From positions 81,904,001-81,968,000 of the forward strand of contig NC_087437.1 of NCBI RefSeq assembly GCF_036321535.1: DNA of 64,000 nucleotides, written 5' to 3'. Within the stretch, counting starts at the first letter, position 1. Every line of letters begins with the position of its first letter. The DNA comes from Camelus dromedarius. Taxonomy: Eukaryota. Below are positions 1 to 13,170 of the stretch, piece after piece. The notes under the pieces were generated by a model. It did no database searches and was not told where the DNA came from. It saw only the letters and a list, made by a program, of their open reading frames with translations. Position numbers and translations under genes: made by a program.

Positions 1-3000
1 TGGGACCTCAGTTCCAAACTTTTAATTTTCACAGACTCTGATACAGTACCTCAATTTTCTTTGCTTCTTAAGGCTCACTCACTGGTGTTTTTTATTTTCC
101 ACTGCAAATAACAACTGGGCAGTGGAAAATAACTATGCAAAAATGATGGAAACAAATGATGACACCGAAAAAAAAAGATCCTTATGTCTTCTATCTATTA
201 GATCCAAGTCAGGCAGAATGGAATCTCTCTCACTTTCTTTTCCCCTGGGCTTGGCCAGTTTCTGGGTGTCCTTCACCTATGTCTGTCCTACAGAAGTACC
301 TATGAAGCTAACAGAATGAAAAACAGAGTGATGTTTTGAAGGACCCTTGAATACTCAGGCTCAATATAAGATACACATGAGATTTTTCCAAAATCATGCT
401 CAATGCTATTTCTATAACAGTATGTGCAACTGTTGGAACTGCAGGCTTTTCCAAAGCAATGGAGTTAACACTCTGACAAAGCCATGCCATTACAAGCATG
501 TAGGCTGAGCTGGAGGAACAAGAATGAATATATAGGCCAGACGAAGCCCAAGAGCTGAGAGTGGACTTAGTACTGGTTCAACAGGGGCTGGCAATGCATG
601 GGAGGACCCATGGAAGGTTTACTCTTTTCTTCACAATAGAGCAGTGCCAGGGCTCTCCCCTCTTAATGTTAGTGCACCTGAATCAAGAGACCTGTATGAT
701 TCCCGAGATACCCAAAGTTATTCGAATCCCATTCTTTCCCTCTGGTTTTCCCTATTTTTATTTAAAATCTTCATTTGATTTTTATTATTTTTTGTTTCCA
801 AGCTATTACAGCTTCTCTGTGGAAAAAGAAGATGGATATAACTGTTTGTCTCATATCTTCTCTCACTCTTCCTCTGAGAGACAGACAGACACAAATACAC
901 ACACAGACATGCACACAAACACATGCATGGACCTAGAATCCAAGCTATTTTTATTGTTCCTTCTCCATTAAAAAGGTAAGAGTTTTATAAAGTATCAGAT
1001 ATTCTTTCTTTAACCTGCAAATCATTGTTTCTATAGAATTATCTTTGTGTCTATTTTGAGAGTTTAAAAATACAAGCAACCAAAGATACCTGATACAAAA
1101 TTCACTAATCTGTTCATAGCACTGCTTTGAGGAAGGCCAACACTTTTCTAAAATAGGGTCATAATGCAGCTCTTGTTTCAAACTCAAGAGCTCAAGATAG
1201 CTCCTTTTTGCCTCTTTGTTCTAATACTCAAAAATTCTCTGAATAAAACAAAATGTAATAGAAATTTTCTCTGCAATGAGGCAATCCTGAACATTGGGAA
1301 AGGATTCCTTTTCTCTTGAAGTTTCTTACCTAATTCTGTGCACCATTAGCTTATTTCTTGGTGGTAAAGATGCCTAACTTGGAAGGAAAAAATGAACCAA
1401 GAGCGATAGAGCTGAGGGCATAAAAACGTTAAGTCTCACTTCTTAGCAACTCCAAAGAAAAATGAACTTACTGTGTATAAAGAGAGCTTAGAGTATGTGT
1501 CACCAGAAATTCAAGTACTTTTAACAATTTTGTTTGATGCTTAGAAAAGCAGTGGTATAGGGATGACTGCATTCTCCAGTTTTCTAGGTGAGAGCAGTAA
1601 GCTGCGGAATTCTGCATGGGGATCCGAGGTCTAGGCAATCGACAGGCCTTGAAAAGCAGAGCACATAGATACAAAGAAAACCCAAAGTTATTCATTACCT
1701 TCTAATAAAATAGCTCTTAGTAAGTAAATAGCAACATGTATAGTGGATTGGTAAATTTTAAACTAAATCATTAAAAATAAACACTTAATGCTGGGTCTCT
1801 CACATGCTGTATCTTAGGCCTTTGAAATTCCCAGAGCTAAATAGATCAATTCTGTTTCTATACTAACGGCATCTAACCTTTAGAAATTCAGGGACTACAG
1901 AGAAAATATTTTGGCTTTCTAGTGTAAACTCGTACAGATTTTGAACTTACAGCTTCTGGTTGTAAACTTGTCTTCTACCAGGAAGCCACATTACTAAACT
2001 ATAAGTGAGATAATCCAGCTTTTAGAAGATCTACAAATGATTTATTTGCAGAATAGTGAAGTGAATTGCAAAGAATTATCTAAAATAGAAAAGTGGGTGT
2101 GGGAGCAAATAAAGTAAATGAAGATACAAGGTTTTTTAAGGTTGCATAGAGATATGAAGACATCAAATGTCACATAATTTTAGAAACTAAAATTACAAGG
2201 TACATGATACGATAGAGCAAAGTTCTCGATTATAGTAAAGCTTTCCAGGAAATAAGAAAACTTGTATGGCTATTACCCAGGGTGATTACTGAATCAGAGA
2301 TATTACTCAGAAAATAGAACTGCATATAGTATATAGACATTTCAAGCCAGTTTCCTCGTGGCCGCATTCCTTGTGTCCTCGTGCCTTTTACCTCATATTA
2401 GCCACTTCCTCTAACTAAAAAAAAAAGGAACCACTGTAGCTTTCTGGAATTCTCTCATAAATCCCAAGTGAATAAAAAAAATCAAATGAAAATAAATCAT
2501 GAAGTCAGATGACAATATGATGAAAATTCTCTTACTCTTCATATGACGATAACAGCTTGAAAGAAAGATTAGACTCCCAGAGAATGTAAAAGACTCTTAC
2601 ACAAAAACACATCAGCTTATATTTATACCTTCTAAAAAGAGAAGACTTTAAAATAGAAAAGGAATGGAAAGATAGTCAAACCCTATACCCAAAAAGTCTA
2701 GGAATAATTTTAGAGGAAAAAAAACGATCTGCTACTGTCTTTAAGTAGACCAAAATACCGCAATTTAACTTTAAATGGTAGGTAATCCAAGGATTCTCAA
2801 GTGTCTTCATTAACTGACTCCTCAGAAAAGATCTTGGTAGACATGTTGCTGGTAATACAAAGTACATACAGAGGAATTTCACTCTTTGGTTACTATGGTG
2901 CTTTTTCTTGTTCTCATGTGGTAAGGTGGGTGCCAGGTAGATTTGAGCACGTAAATAAGGCAGAGGGTTAAAGAGGATAAAAAGGAGTTAAAGGGATGTG

Positions 3001-3343
3001 ATGAGCTAAGTAACAGTTACTAATTATAGGAGAGGTAATTGCAGTATAGGTATGATTAACACGGTCATTGGGAGGTATTAAGAACTTCTTCCAGCTTTAC
3101 TGCTCCAGTCTGCATCAGAGCCTCAGAAACCTCTGCTGATCTAACACGCTAGTTCTTTCAGCTCTGTATAATGTACAGACTGAGTCGACTTCTCTCCAGC
3201 ATTCACTTCATTTTCAACTGATAATCATATAGAGCCAGGTAATTTAACAAATATTTTGTAAATATCGCTTTTTAGTGATAGACATTTTCAGGACACATCA
3301 TTTTGACAAGGGAGAATATCAAAATGAGCCTGCTACAGAAGCC

Positions 3344-3560
3344 TTTTTTGAATTGAAGTATATTTGATTTACAATATTATGTTAGTTTCAGATGTACAGC
3401 ACAGTAATTCAGTATTTTTTGCAGATTATACTCCGCTATAGGTTATTACAAAAAAATGGTTACAATTCCCTGTGCTGTAAAGTATATCCTTGCTGCTTCT
3501 CTATTTTATATATAGTAGTTTGTATCTGTTAATCTCATACCCCTAGTTTATCCCTTCCTC
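3344..3560 (-). mobile_element. L1 3' end fragment (cetartiodactyl type), 5'-truncated
   Basis: T-tract then ttgaagtatatttgatttacaatattatgttagtttcagatgtacagc...ccctgtgctgt, typical antisense L1 3'UTR; flanked by agaagccttt (3337) / agaagtcttt (3562), probable TSD. Confidence 0.85.
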
Positions 3561-3582
3561 TAGAAGTCTTTATTAAGAAGGT

Positions 3583-3606
3583 ACACACACACACACACAC
3601 ACACAC
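3583..3606. repeat. (CA)n microsatellite
   Basis: Directly visible, about 12 units. Confidence 0.95.
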
Positions 3607-3904
3607 TCATACACTGAATTTGGAAAATGAATACAAATTAATTTAAAGGTCTCCATTATAGTTCAAAATTAAACCAAATCTCAGGCAAATATAGAATAAT
3701 TCATAAGGAACCTGTGGACTATAGATAAGAATACACTGATTAATATTTTAAGCACAACTAACTAATTCTTACGTGGTCATTGGATAACATAGACTGAGGT
3801 GTTGCAAAATGTGAATCTGTTCCTAGAAGCAGTGTTAAGAGAGGGGATAAAGGAAATGTGTGTTTCATAAATTTAAAGCAACTTTTTATGCATCAGAAAT
3901 GTTA

Positions 3905-4098
3905 GAACATGCAAACTATATATAAAATAGATAAACAACAAGGTCTACTGTATAGCACAGGGAACTATAGTCAATATCCTGTAATAAATGATAATGAAAA
4001 AGACCATACATATGTATAACAATCACTTTGCTATATACTAGAAGCTAACACAACATGATAAATCAACTATATTTCAATAGAAAAAAAAATCTTAAAAA
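3905..4098 (+). mobile_element. L1 3' end fragment with A-tail
   Basis: aaaatagataaacaacaaggtctactgtatagcacagggaactatagtcaatatcctgtaataa...aaatcaactatatttcaata + A-tail; TSD-like agaaatgtta (3895) / agacatgtta (4099). Confidence 0.85.
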
Positions 4099-7043
4099 AG
4101 ACATGTTACAACTCAAGAGAGCCAAGAAATAAGCAAAAGGATAAAAAGGACCCTTGAGCAGCCACAATCTACAAATTTCATGGACTTTACATATTAAAGA
4201 GTTTCCTAGTGTGCTCTTAATTTATATGCATATTTGTATGGCTGGTTATTTTAGCTTCACACTCAGAAAGATTGTAAGTATCACACAGGGAGAAAGGTTC
4301 AGAGAGGTACCCTCACAGAAGTCTGCCAATATTCACAGTCAGGAAATCAGAGAAGCTATAAAAAGCTGGCCCAATAGCCCCAAACACAGCAATCAGAAGC
4401 TGTGTAATACAGTGGTAAACAGACCTATGTATCCAAAAGAGACTGAGAGGATCATCACACATAGGAGGTGCTAAATAAACACTTGCTGAAATGAACTGAA
4501 CTGAACTGAATGATGACCTTGAGTCATCAAAAAGAGTTTAAATATGGTTAGCATATGTTCTTTCAAGGCAAATAAATGGAAATATTTTAGAAAAATTTCC
4601 ATCTAAGCCAGTTAAAATAATATTAACTTTAAAAGTCTCTCAATGTGGTTGAGATTATTTTACATTTATGGTACCTCTTCTCATTTATCAGATACTCAGT
4701 GAGTGGTACTGTGTACCTGGCAGGATGACAACTGCTATAGGCACAAAAATGAGCACCAGCAGACAAAGTCCATAAATTCATGGGACTTTTTAGCCCAGTG
4801 AAGGCAAACAGATGGGGACACTGAGGCAAGAGAACTTAGGAGACAGTTTCTGTTCTGCAATTTCAGTCATAACTGTAGTAATTTTTACTTCAATAATCTC
4901 AGCATTCAATTTCAAGGACAATCAGAATTCTAGAAGCAATGAACTTGAGATTGAGAATATTTAAAAATATTTTTCAACTGTTTAGAAAGACCTTAGTTTA
5001 GAAAAGAAACAAAAATAATATGATTGTTCCATTTTCTATTGAATTTAGTTTCAAATATGTTTTGCATACTTTGTCTAATATAACTTACTGACCTTGAAAT
5101 GGGGACTGCTGTCAGAATATGCTTAGTGGATCCAGAAATCAATCTACCACTAGTGTCTTAGTCTCCATATCAACTCATTTTGTAATTATCATCCACATGT
5201 GTCTGCTTTTTCTGATGGCAGTTTAGCTGAGCTGAAACTGAACTGAGTGAATGAGATACTTAACTTGGCATGGGGTTGGGAATCTGATTTCCTCCTTAAG
5301 AATCAGAACTTCTCCCAGTCTTCACAGTATTAGGAAGGACTCTTATCCCCAGATGCTCCTACCCTTTACTAAGTGACATATATTCTTCAAAAGGCTTTTG
5401 ATTTTTCTCGAAAGTTATAAAATACTATACCAGAAAGCTGGAATTTTCTCTGGATGACCACTTTCTTTGAAAATACAAGAAATATTTTGTTTAGTTTGGG
5501 GCTTTTAAAGGCATTAATGAGAAACTAGACAGATTCTCAGGAAAGAAAAAGGGAAAACAGCATTGAAATTAATTTACTTTTATACAACTCATATCTACAA
5601 ACCTTACATATGGTTGACAAGATACTAATTCCACCAACCTCCTTTCTAATAAAAGAACTTGAAAGAATTTTAAGATATTTTATCCTTTTAGAATATAAAA
5701 GACAGATGAAGGTATTAAAAATCCAACTCAAGTATAGAATCAACCAACATTTTGGGTTTTTTTTTAACTGTGTTTTGAATATTTTGAGTTAAAGGATATT
5801 ATTCATCCCTTGCTCCCCACCTATCATTCCCCTCACAAAGGTTTTCTAAAGAAATCTAACTTTAGGTACAGGATTATAGATACGGGAATAATGAGAATCT
5901 CAATATGAGAAAGCATCCATGTAATATCGTATGTTGCCAAACACAAAGTAGCTGTGACTAAAGTGGGAAGTTCTCCATTAAAAATCTCCAATATTAAAAT
6001 ATTCAAACTCATATTTAAAAGTCATATATGAATATGTATGTATCCATCCACTCATTCAACCAAAGCACACTGCTTTGCAGAGCAAAAATGTTCGCCACTG
6101 TATGTACTCCTGGATTTGTGAGGTGGGGCCTATCTCTGGGTAGAGTCAAGGTAGCCTTCTGATCTAGAAGGAACTCTGCTTGAACCACTAAACTTTCTAA
6201 ATAGAATGTCAGTGTTATCCTATCACTGTTTCATCTAACATCCAAGGATTGTGACTTCTCTCAATCAGAAAAAAAAAAAAATGCCAATGTTCCATGGCCT
6301 CAATAGGATTTATAACTACTAATCACTAAGTAGTTTAAGAAATTTTAAGACTGGGGAGAGGGAAGAGATAATAGAGTAGTAGAGTCAAAGGAATATGGCA
6401 TACAACTGGTTCTCTGGGTATTTAAAGTTATATTTGTTTAACAAGGGAATCTCTAGAAGAAATCATACAATAAAATTCCCAGTCAAGAAGCACTGGGAAA
6501 GTCATGATGCTGGGAACAGGGTTTTTAGGTTCGGTTGTTTGTTACCCAATAGTTCAACATGTACCTACTACAGAAAGAAAAATATCTGCAAATGGAAAAA
6601 GAATTGCTAGGATTCATCACCCACCTACCTCTGCAGAAAGTGTAGCAAGTACAGACATCCTTCCCACTAGTGAGAAGACCCAGAACATCAAGGAGAAGTC
6701 ATCTGATATTATGATGTGCTCCTTTGTCCCTTTCATTATGTTCACTTCTGGAGGCTTTAATTTCTATTATTATGGACTATAAGCCCTAGGACCATCTCTG
6801 TACCACAGAATTCTGGTTTTTTACTTCTAAAATTATATATTTTGCTGCTTCTATTTAATAACTATGTTTTAAAATAAATAAATGCTGAAGACTTAAAGCT
6901 CTGATTCAAAAGAAAAGTCCTCTGATGAAATAGAAATGCTTTTCCCAAGATGTAAAATAACATTTTGAGGAAAGTCAGATTTTCACCAAATACAATTCAG
7001 GAAGCCACTGCTCTAAACTTGGTTGGATTTTCTGAAGTAAGCT

Positions 7044-7091
7044 CAAGCCTTTCCATGTACAATTAAACAAGCCTCTCTAAGTACAATTAAA
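7044..7091. repeat. 24-bp tandem duplication (2 copies)
   Basis: caagcctttccatgtacaattaaa / caagcctctctaagtacaattaaa, 21/24 identical. Confidence 0.85.
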
Positions 7092-7263
7092 CATAACAAC
7101 TCTTTCACTCCCTGAAGTTGTAACAGGCAAAAATGATGAAAATAGTTATAAAGAGGTAGGTTTCTTTCAATTGTGGGGGTTTTTTTCCACATAGAAAAAT
7201 ATTTAGTTATGTGTCTTTTCCCTTGTTTCCTAGCCCTTCTCCCCTCCCCCCACCTCTCTCTCT

Positions 7264-7302
7264 GATAGATATAGATATATAGATATAGATATATAGATAT
7301 AT
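7264..7302. repeat. (AGATAT)n-like microsatellite
   Basis: Directly visible. Confidence 0.9.
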
Positions 7303-7456
7303 GCCTTCAAGACAGGGTATACTCCAGAGGTCAATGTTGTGGGAAAATATAAATTGAGAAATCACAAAAACCAAAGTTTATATATCATTTGATAAAAACA
7401 GTAATACTTTACCAAATGGAAAATGCTGTCATATGAAATGTCACTCCAATCAGATG

Positions 7457-7494
7457 ACTTACCTAAAACAAGAGAGGTAGAAGAAAGTGAGAAT
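7457..7494 (-). promoter_or_regulatory. Candidate recursive splice site (3'ss fused to 5'ss)
   Basis: Minus strand attctcactttcttctacctctcttgttttAG|GTAAGT: branch-like ctcAc, long pyrimidine tract, AG, then the consensus GTAAGT donor hexamer. Confidence 0.4.
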
Positions 7495-9639
7495 TTGGTA
7501 TTGTAATTCAATCCTCAATAGACTAGATTCCAAAAGACATGGCAGGTATCTTAAACTGATGGACTATCCAAAATAGAAACTATACTAGGTCAAGAAACAC
7601 CAATTCCTTTAGAAACAGTAATTAATGCTAGAAAGGAAATGCCAAACAGGGAGCAAAAGCAGTGAAGAAAGGAAGTGGTACTTACTTTCAAACCACTTGA
7701 CTCTCATATATATTTTAAGAGGTCAATTTTGAAAATGTGGACACATATACATATAAAGGCCATAGCTAAACTGTGGCAGTATATGCATGTTACTTTCTCT
7801 CCCAAGACTTCTGGTTACTGTCTTAAAGAGAGACTGTCAAAGCTGCAAACTTTCAAATATCTTCACCTCATATGACTCAATAAAAAGGTGCCACTGTATC
7901 AAGTGCTACTGTAATTTCCTCTGTTGATTTTCTTTCCCCCTTAACACTTAGATGTTTTGGTTGTTTGCTTTTTTATTTTCCGAAGTGAACACTGATGTTC
8001 GTGAAAGGTGCCAGATTAACAACCAGGGGAAATTAAGAGCTTGTCCTATCAAGAGAAAAGGCTTAGTGTAGTGGAGGTGATGAAAGTTTCCCCTATACTG
8101 TGCTTGCCTATGTATGTTAGCTCTGACCCATGGTCACCCCAGCCCTCCAGTTTTCATGGCCCATTAATACCTCTGCTACTCATGTTGCTAACAGGGACAG
8201 GCAATCTTGTTCCTGCTTTTAATGTTATCATTATTATTACTACTACTGTGAGCTCTAACTTCCTCAGAGAAATTATGTGGAAATTTATACTAGCCATCAT
8301 TTTGCTTTAAGACAAGAGGAAAATAAACTGAACTGAAGATGAATCTTATATTCTTAAGTAATACTGCAGATTTGATTAAAACCCATTAATTTCTTCAAAC
8401 AGGAGGCAAAGTCTTGAGTGGTTAAGATAAAATAGGCCTTACTAAATTCAGTCACCCGCACTCAATCTGAATTCCCATTCAGGGACATTCTAATATTTAA
8501 TGGCCACAGATCTTTTACTTTTCTTTTGAGTCTATCATAAACTTGTCAACTTAATTATTCGTTAGCAACTATGGTAAAGGTTTGGTGGACTTTGAGGCTA
8601 AAACTATCATTTATGAGATCTGAAAATCAGTTAAATAGAGAAAAATACCTCTTTCTTGTATTTATAGGTAAATGTCCCAGATCTCTGAATTGCCTGAGTA
8701 CTTTGTAAGTATTAATAATTAATTAATCTCTCCTATGCCCAGAGATCTATGAAATCATTTTGAATCATCTAGTTAGTTAACCAACTACTATTTCATGTTG
8801 GCACTTCCTGGGCTATGCTAGTTCTTCATGCAAAGTATAAGGACCAGAGCAAGACAGTAGTCCTTTTCCTAGAGTTTAAAACAATAAGGAAAGCAAAGCT
8901 GGCAAACACTTACAAAATATTAATTGATCAATGAAGTATAACACTGAATGCTACTAAAGATGAATAATTACTTGGAACAACCACAGTATTTATCCCACAG
9001 TTGTTCCCTGTGTATGCCATTGTACCTCTTGTTAAAGACCAAATCTCTGTGACTAGAGTAGATTTCCATCTTGACATGTCTAGCATTTCCTATAATTTCT
9101 AATCTCTAGAAGAGCTGGAGAATGAGAATTGCAGGGTACCAATGACTACAGCAAACACATGGTAACAATTAGATGAAGGGTGCCTTAACTGCATCTCATA
9201 TGGAAATCTTGGAAAATTTTACTTTGGGAACTCTGACTGTTTTTTTCCTTTGCCATGCATACCCTTTATCAAGTGAGTCCTTATGGTATTAAAACATTTG
9301 GCACTAGCTCAAGTCTATGCTATTGCTGGCAGGGGATCTAACTGGGAAGGAGGGGTGGAGTAGTTACCTCTATCAGAAAAGACCTTAACTTTATGGAAAG
9401 GCTCTTTCCTCCCTACTGCTTAAGTAGCTTCATTGAAAGACTTAAACCCAGATGTGAGAAAAGAGATTATCTCCAAGAGCAGCAGCAATTTATTGTAATT
9501 CTGTTAGTACAAAGATTAAGAAGGTAGAAAATATTGTGCAAACTTAGTAGATGAGAAGGGCAACACCCTGTATTTAGGTCCCATGCAAAGTCGTGCTAGG
9601 GAAATCAGCTGCAACCCTTAAGCCCCCGGAAGGCCTCAG

Positions 9640-9790
9640 TTTCCAAAATTGCAAGAAAATTAGAACCTATCTACTTAGAAAACTAGTAACCCCATGCTAT
9701 GTAATAACCAATGGGTGGGAGGCCACGAGAATCTGCTCACCAATAGATGCCAACAGACATGTGCCTCTACTCCCTCAGTGGCCGGCTCTT
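9640..9790. repeat. Copy A of diverged ~150-bp CCAAT-containing duplicated element
   Basis: Aligns colinearly with 12627-12775: first 43 bp 36/43 identical; 17-bp identical block tgcctctactccctcag. Confidence 0.85.
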
Positions 9791-12100
9791 GCCAACTTCC
9801 TGGAATCACCAGGGAACTAATAATCTTTCCCAATGATTCCAGTCCATCCTATATTACAATTCAGAACAGTGGCAGTCAAAGTAACAAGACCCTTTTTGCC
9901 CATACAACATTCCAGCTTCCCTCAGTGAAGCACTTGTCAGGTTTAAAGCACTTTGGAGGTTGGCCTTGTAACCAGGCAAAATCTGCATATATTCTGGGCC
10001 AATTCTAGGTCTCCTGGTGCCTCAGCCAGCCAACTGAGAGTATATTTTGTCCCTAATTCATTTCTGTCTTGTATAATGGATCTCTTATTGGTTTCCCATG
10101 ACTGGACTTTTGCATTCTTCATGATTTGGTTTCTCTCACTGCACCACCTTTTTATGGTGGGAGATGTATATGCATGGATTTTCAGAATTTGATATTTAAT
10201 ACAAAATGGATCGGTGAACACGGCAAAAATCTTTTTTGTGGACACATCACTCTGCTCTACATGGTCTTCTAGTCAAATGTGAACAAAAGATAAAAAGGCT
10301 AAATCTGAGAGACTCAAATTATTGACTTTCACGGTCACAAAAAGAAAAATAAGAAAAGTAATGAAGGCCTTTAGAGCTGAAAACAACAGGTGATTTCTCC
10401 TTTTCTTCCCATTACAAATCTCTGACAATAGGCTAATGAATGCCAAGAACACAAGAAACATAGCAAGTTACGGAAAATTATAGGCCACAAAATGGTGTAA
10501 GCCCCACATGAAAAATACTAGTGAAGGCACTAAGAAAGCCAGTAAATACTGAAAGAGTTATAAAGATGAATATGCTCCAGTTCTGGACGAAGAGGACATA
10601 AAACAAGACCAAACAAAAATACTTTAAAACAGGTTTGTTTTTGGTTTCTTATCTCTCACAATGCACATTAGAGATGGCTTAATTTTAACAGCTTGCTGTG
10701 GTTTAGTGATCAAACAGCTCAAGACAATGCATCATGGTTCTACCTATTAAGAATGCTTGCTTACTCTGGCTGACATGATGCAATTATTAATTTGGTTATC
10801 TGATTCAAAACAGGAACATCTGCCCTTAGGTTCAATATCTTCACTGAAGTAGCAAATTCTAGGAGTTACTACGCTAAGGGCTGAGTGCTTCCGAAGTTGG
10901 AATTTTCTTACGGGAAGAGACGATGTAAGATAAACAAGCTGAATTCTCCTCATTCCAAAGCTGAGTTTTAATAATATAAAATTATAAGGGTAAAACTAAA
11001 ATATCTGGGATTTGAATAATGGATTTGGTGACTATGTAGAAGAAATATAATGTTTTAAAGGAGGCTTTAGAGCAGAAAATTATAGATGATCACCTCATGA
11101 AAACAAATGAAAGGAGGGACTGAAGTTTATCACTGTGGGTAGTAGTGATGATGATTATGGGGAAGGAGGAAAGAAGTGTGCTGATGAGTGTTCCCAAAGG
11201 AAGTATGTAACAGTTCCTAACACAAGAAATTTAGAGATTATTTTGAGAAATGACTTACACAAAGGAAATAATTCAAAGACAACAAGATAAAATTTAAACA
11301 GAGCCAAATAACAGATGAGGGCTGAGGAAGAGATTAGTTTGGGTTAGTTTCTGAGGTTATCTCAACAGGGGCAGTGGAATCAGATGGAGCCAGCCTCTCT
11401 TACTACCCTACCCCTAGCATTTCCCCAATATACCTAATCCCATACAGTTTGTAATTACAACAAATGGTTTTACCGAAAGAGTTACAGCTAAGGGCTTTCT
11501 GGTTATGACTTTAGCTCTTTTTAGAAACTAGAAGACTTGCTTCCCTCTTTGCTATAAAACTTCAATTATATTTCCTATCAAATTGCTTTTTTCTTTTCTA
11601 CTCTTCTCCATTCTAGTTCTGATGTATATGGGCTGAAAAGGCAGTATTGAAGGTGGGAATAAATGGGACACAGCTGGCTTGTGGCAAAGGGCCTGTGAGT
11701 AGGAAGCAGCTGCACTTTGGAGGCAAGAACAAAGAATTAGGATTTTCAAAGCCAAGGAAGCCTTCTCTCTGTGTTTTCCCCTCCTTTCACCTCTTTCTCT
11801 TCTTGGGAAATGATAGAAATGTCACAAAACATACAGTCTTTCTGAATTCACAACAATCTCCTTATCCTCATATCCCAAGTGTGTTTAACTTACTACTGCT
11901 GCTAACATTCCGCATATACCTTGTATTAAAATTTTTCTCCTAAGAGTTTCAAAGAGGTTTATACATTTGCATTGAAACAAATAAGCCTGGGCATATTTTT
12001 ATATTAATAAAATTCAACTTCAGAATAACGAGAATTTGGTTTGTTAAAATGTTACTTTTCTAGAATTTGGTTTATTATACCACACATACATCTCCTAGAC

Positions 12101-12210
12101 CAGTGGTTCTTAAATTTTAGCTTCATAAGAATCCTCAGAGGAACTTATTAATATGCATATTCTTGAGCCACATCTGATCATGGATTTACATTTAGTTGGT
12201 CTGGAATCTA
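12101..12210. mobile_element. MER5A-like hAT-Charlie MITE, partial
   Basis: Starts with TIR cagtggttct..., then ttttagcttcataagaatc...cttatt...gagccaca resembling the MER5A arm. Confidence 0.7.
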
Positions 12211-12626
12211 CATATATAATATACACATACAGTGTGTGACCCTGTCCTAGTTGGAGTACCCTAGTCTTCCAGCTTCAGCTTTTTGAAGGCAGTCTGTTTC
12301 TTAGTGACAGCAGCCAAGCGGTCTCCTGTAGTCCACAGAGAATAGTGAGTAAAAAAAAACAAAGTGAGCAATCCGAGAAAAAAAAAAGTTATCAGCAAGA
12401 TTTCACTTTTAACAATGCAAGGTGCTATTAGCTACACAAACACAGGAAAGAAAGGGAGGTGCCCTGGTTTTAACTTCACTTCCTTAACTATGATAAGGTT
12501 TGGTGTGATGAATGAGTTGGTTTTCTATTCATGAGAGTTGAACCTTTACTGGCTCTCCAGTTATGTATACTGCATTCTGGCAACCTCTTCCCTAAACCAA
12601 TGACAGCGTTGCAGAGCTAGTTTTGA

Positions 12627-12775
12627 TTTCCCCAATCGCACGCAAATTTGAACCTAACTACTTAGAAAAGTAACCGTATGAAAACCAATGTGCAATGGGT
12701 ATGAGGCTCTGAGAAGCTACTTGCCAACAGACACCAATGACTCTCCTGCCTCTACTCCCTCAGAGGCTGGTTCTT
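12627..12775. repeat. Copy B of diverged ~150-bp CCAAT-containing duplicated element
   Basis: Aligns with 9640-9790 in the same orientation; CCAAT at 12632, 12685, 12734 (and 12597 just upstream). Confidence 0.85.
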
Positions 12776-12849
12776 CCCCACCAGAACCATGGGGGAATGT
12801 CAGATAAGTGCAGAAGTCAGAATTCTTCTGGATGGCACCGTGTGCTTCT

Positions 12850-13170
12850 GCTTTTAACCTCCAAATCCTATTGTTTATGTACCACCATCACCCAGCCCTG
12901 GTCCTGGTACCTCAGTTCTGTGTCCCTGTGCCCTGTCTTCCTGCTGAGCCATTCCTGGATTCATATCCTGCTGACTACTCTGACTTAACACTAGATGATG
13001 TTTAACTCCTTGTATCTTGATTGATCACAGCTATTCTCTCAAAGGTCACCAGTGGCTAAATTCAGTGGGGTTTTCTTAATCCCCTCTCTCTACCACTTTG
13101 TTGAGTGACTTCATCACAATTTTCCTTCTGTTTGTTCTCCTCCTTGGTTTCAGTGAAAATACATTTCTCT
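12850..13170 (+). mobile_element. L2 fragment
   Basis: ctctcaaaggtcaccagtggctaaattcagtgg...ccttggtttcagtga, recalled L2 ORF2-end motifs. Confidence 0.55.

Noticed and set aside
4488..4510. (CTGAA)n run as a BovB/Bov-A tail
   Set aside because: It follows an L2-like 3' end (cacataggaggtgctaaataaacacttgctgaa) and no BovB body is present
7400..7500. Naming the host gene from known recursively spliced genes
   Set aside because: No exon or other diagnostic sequence in the window; it would be a guess without alignment
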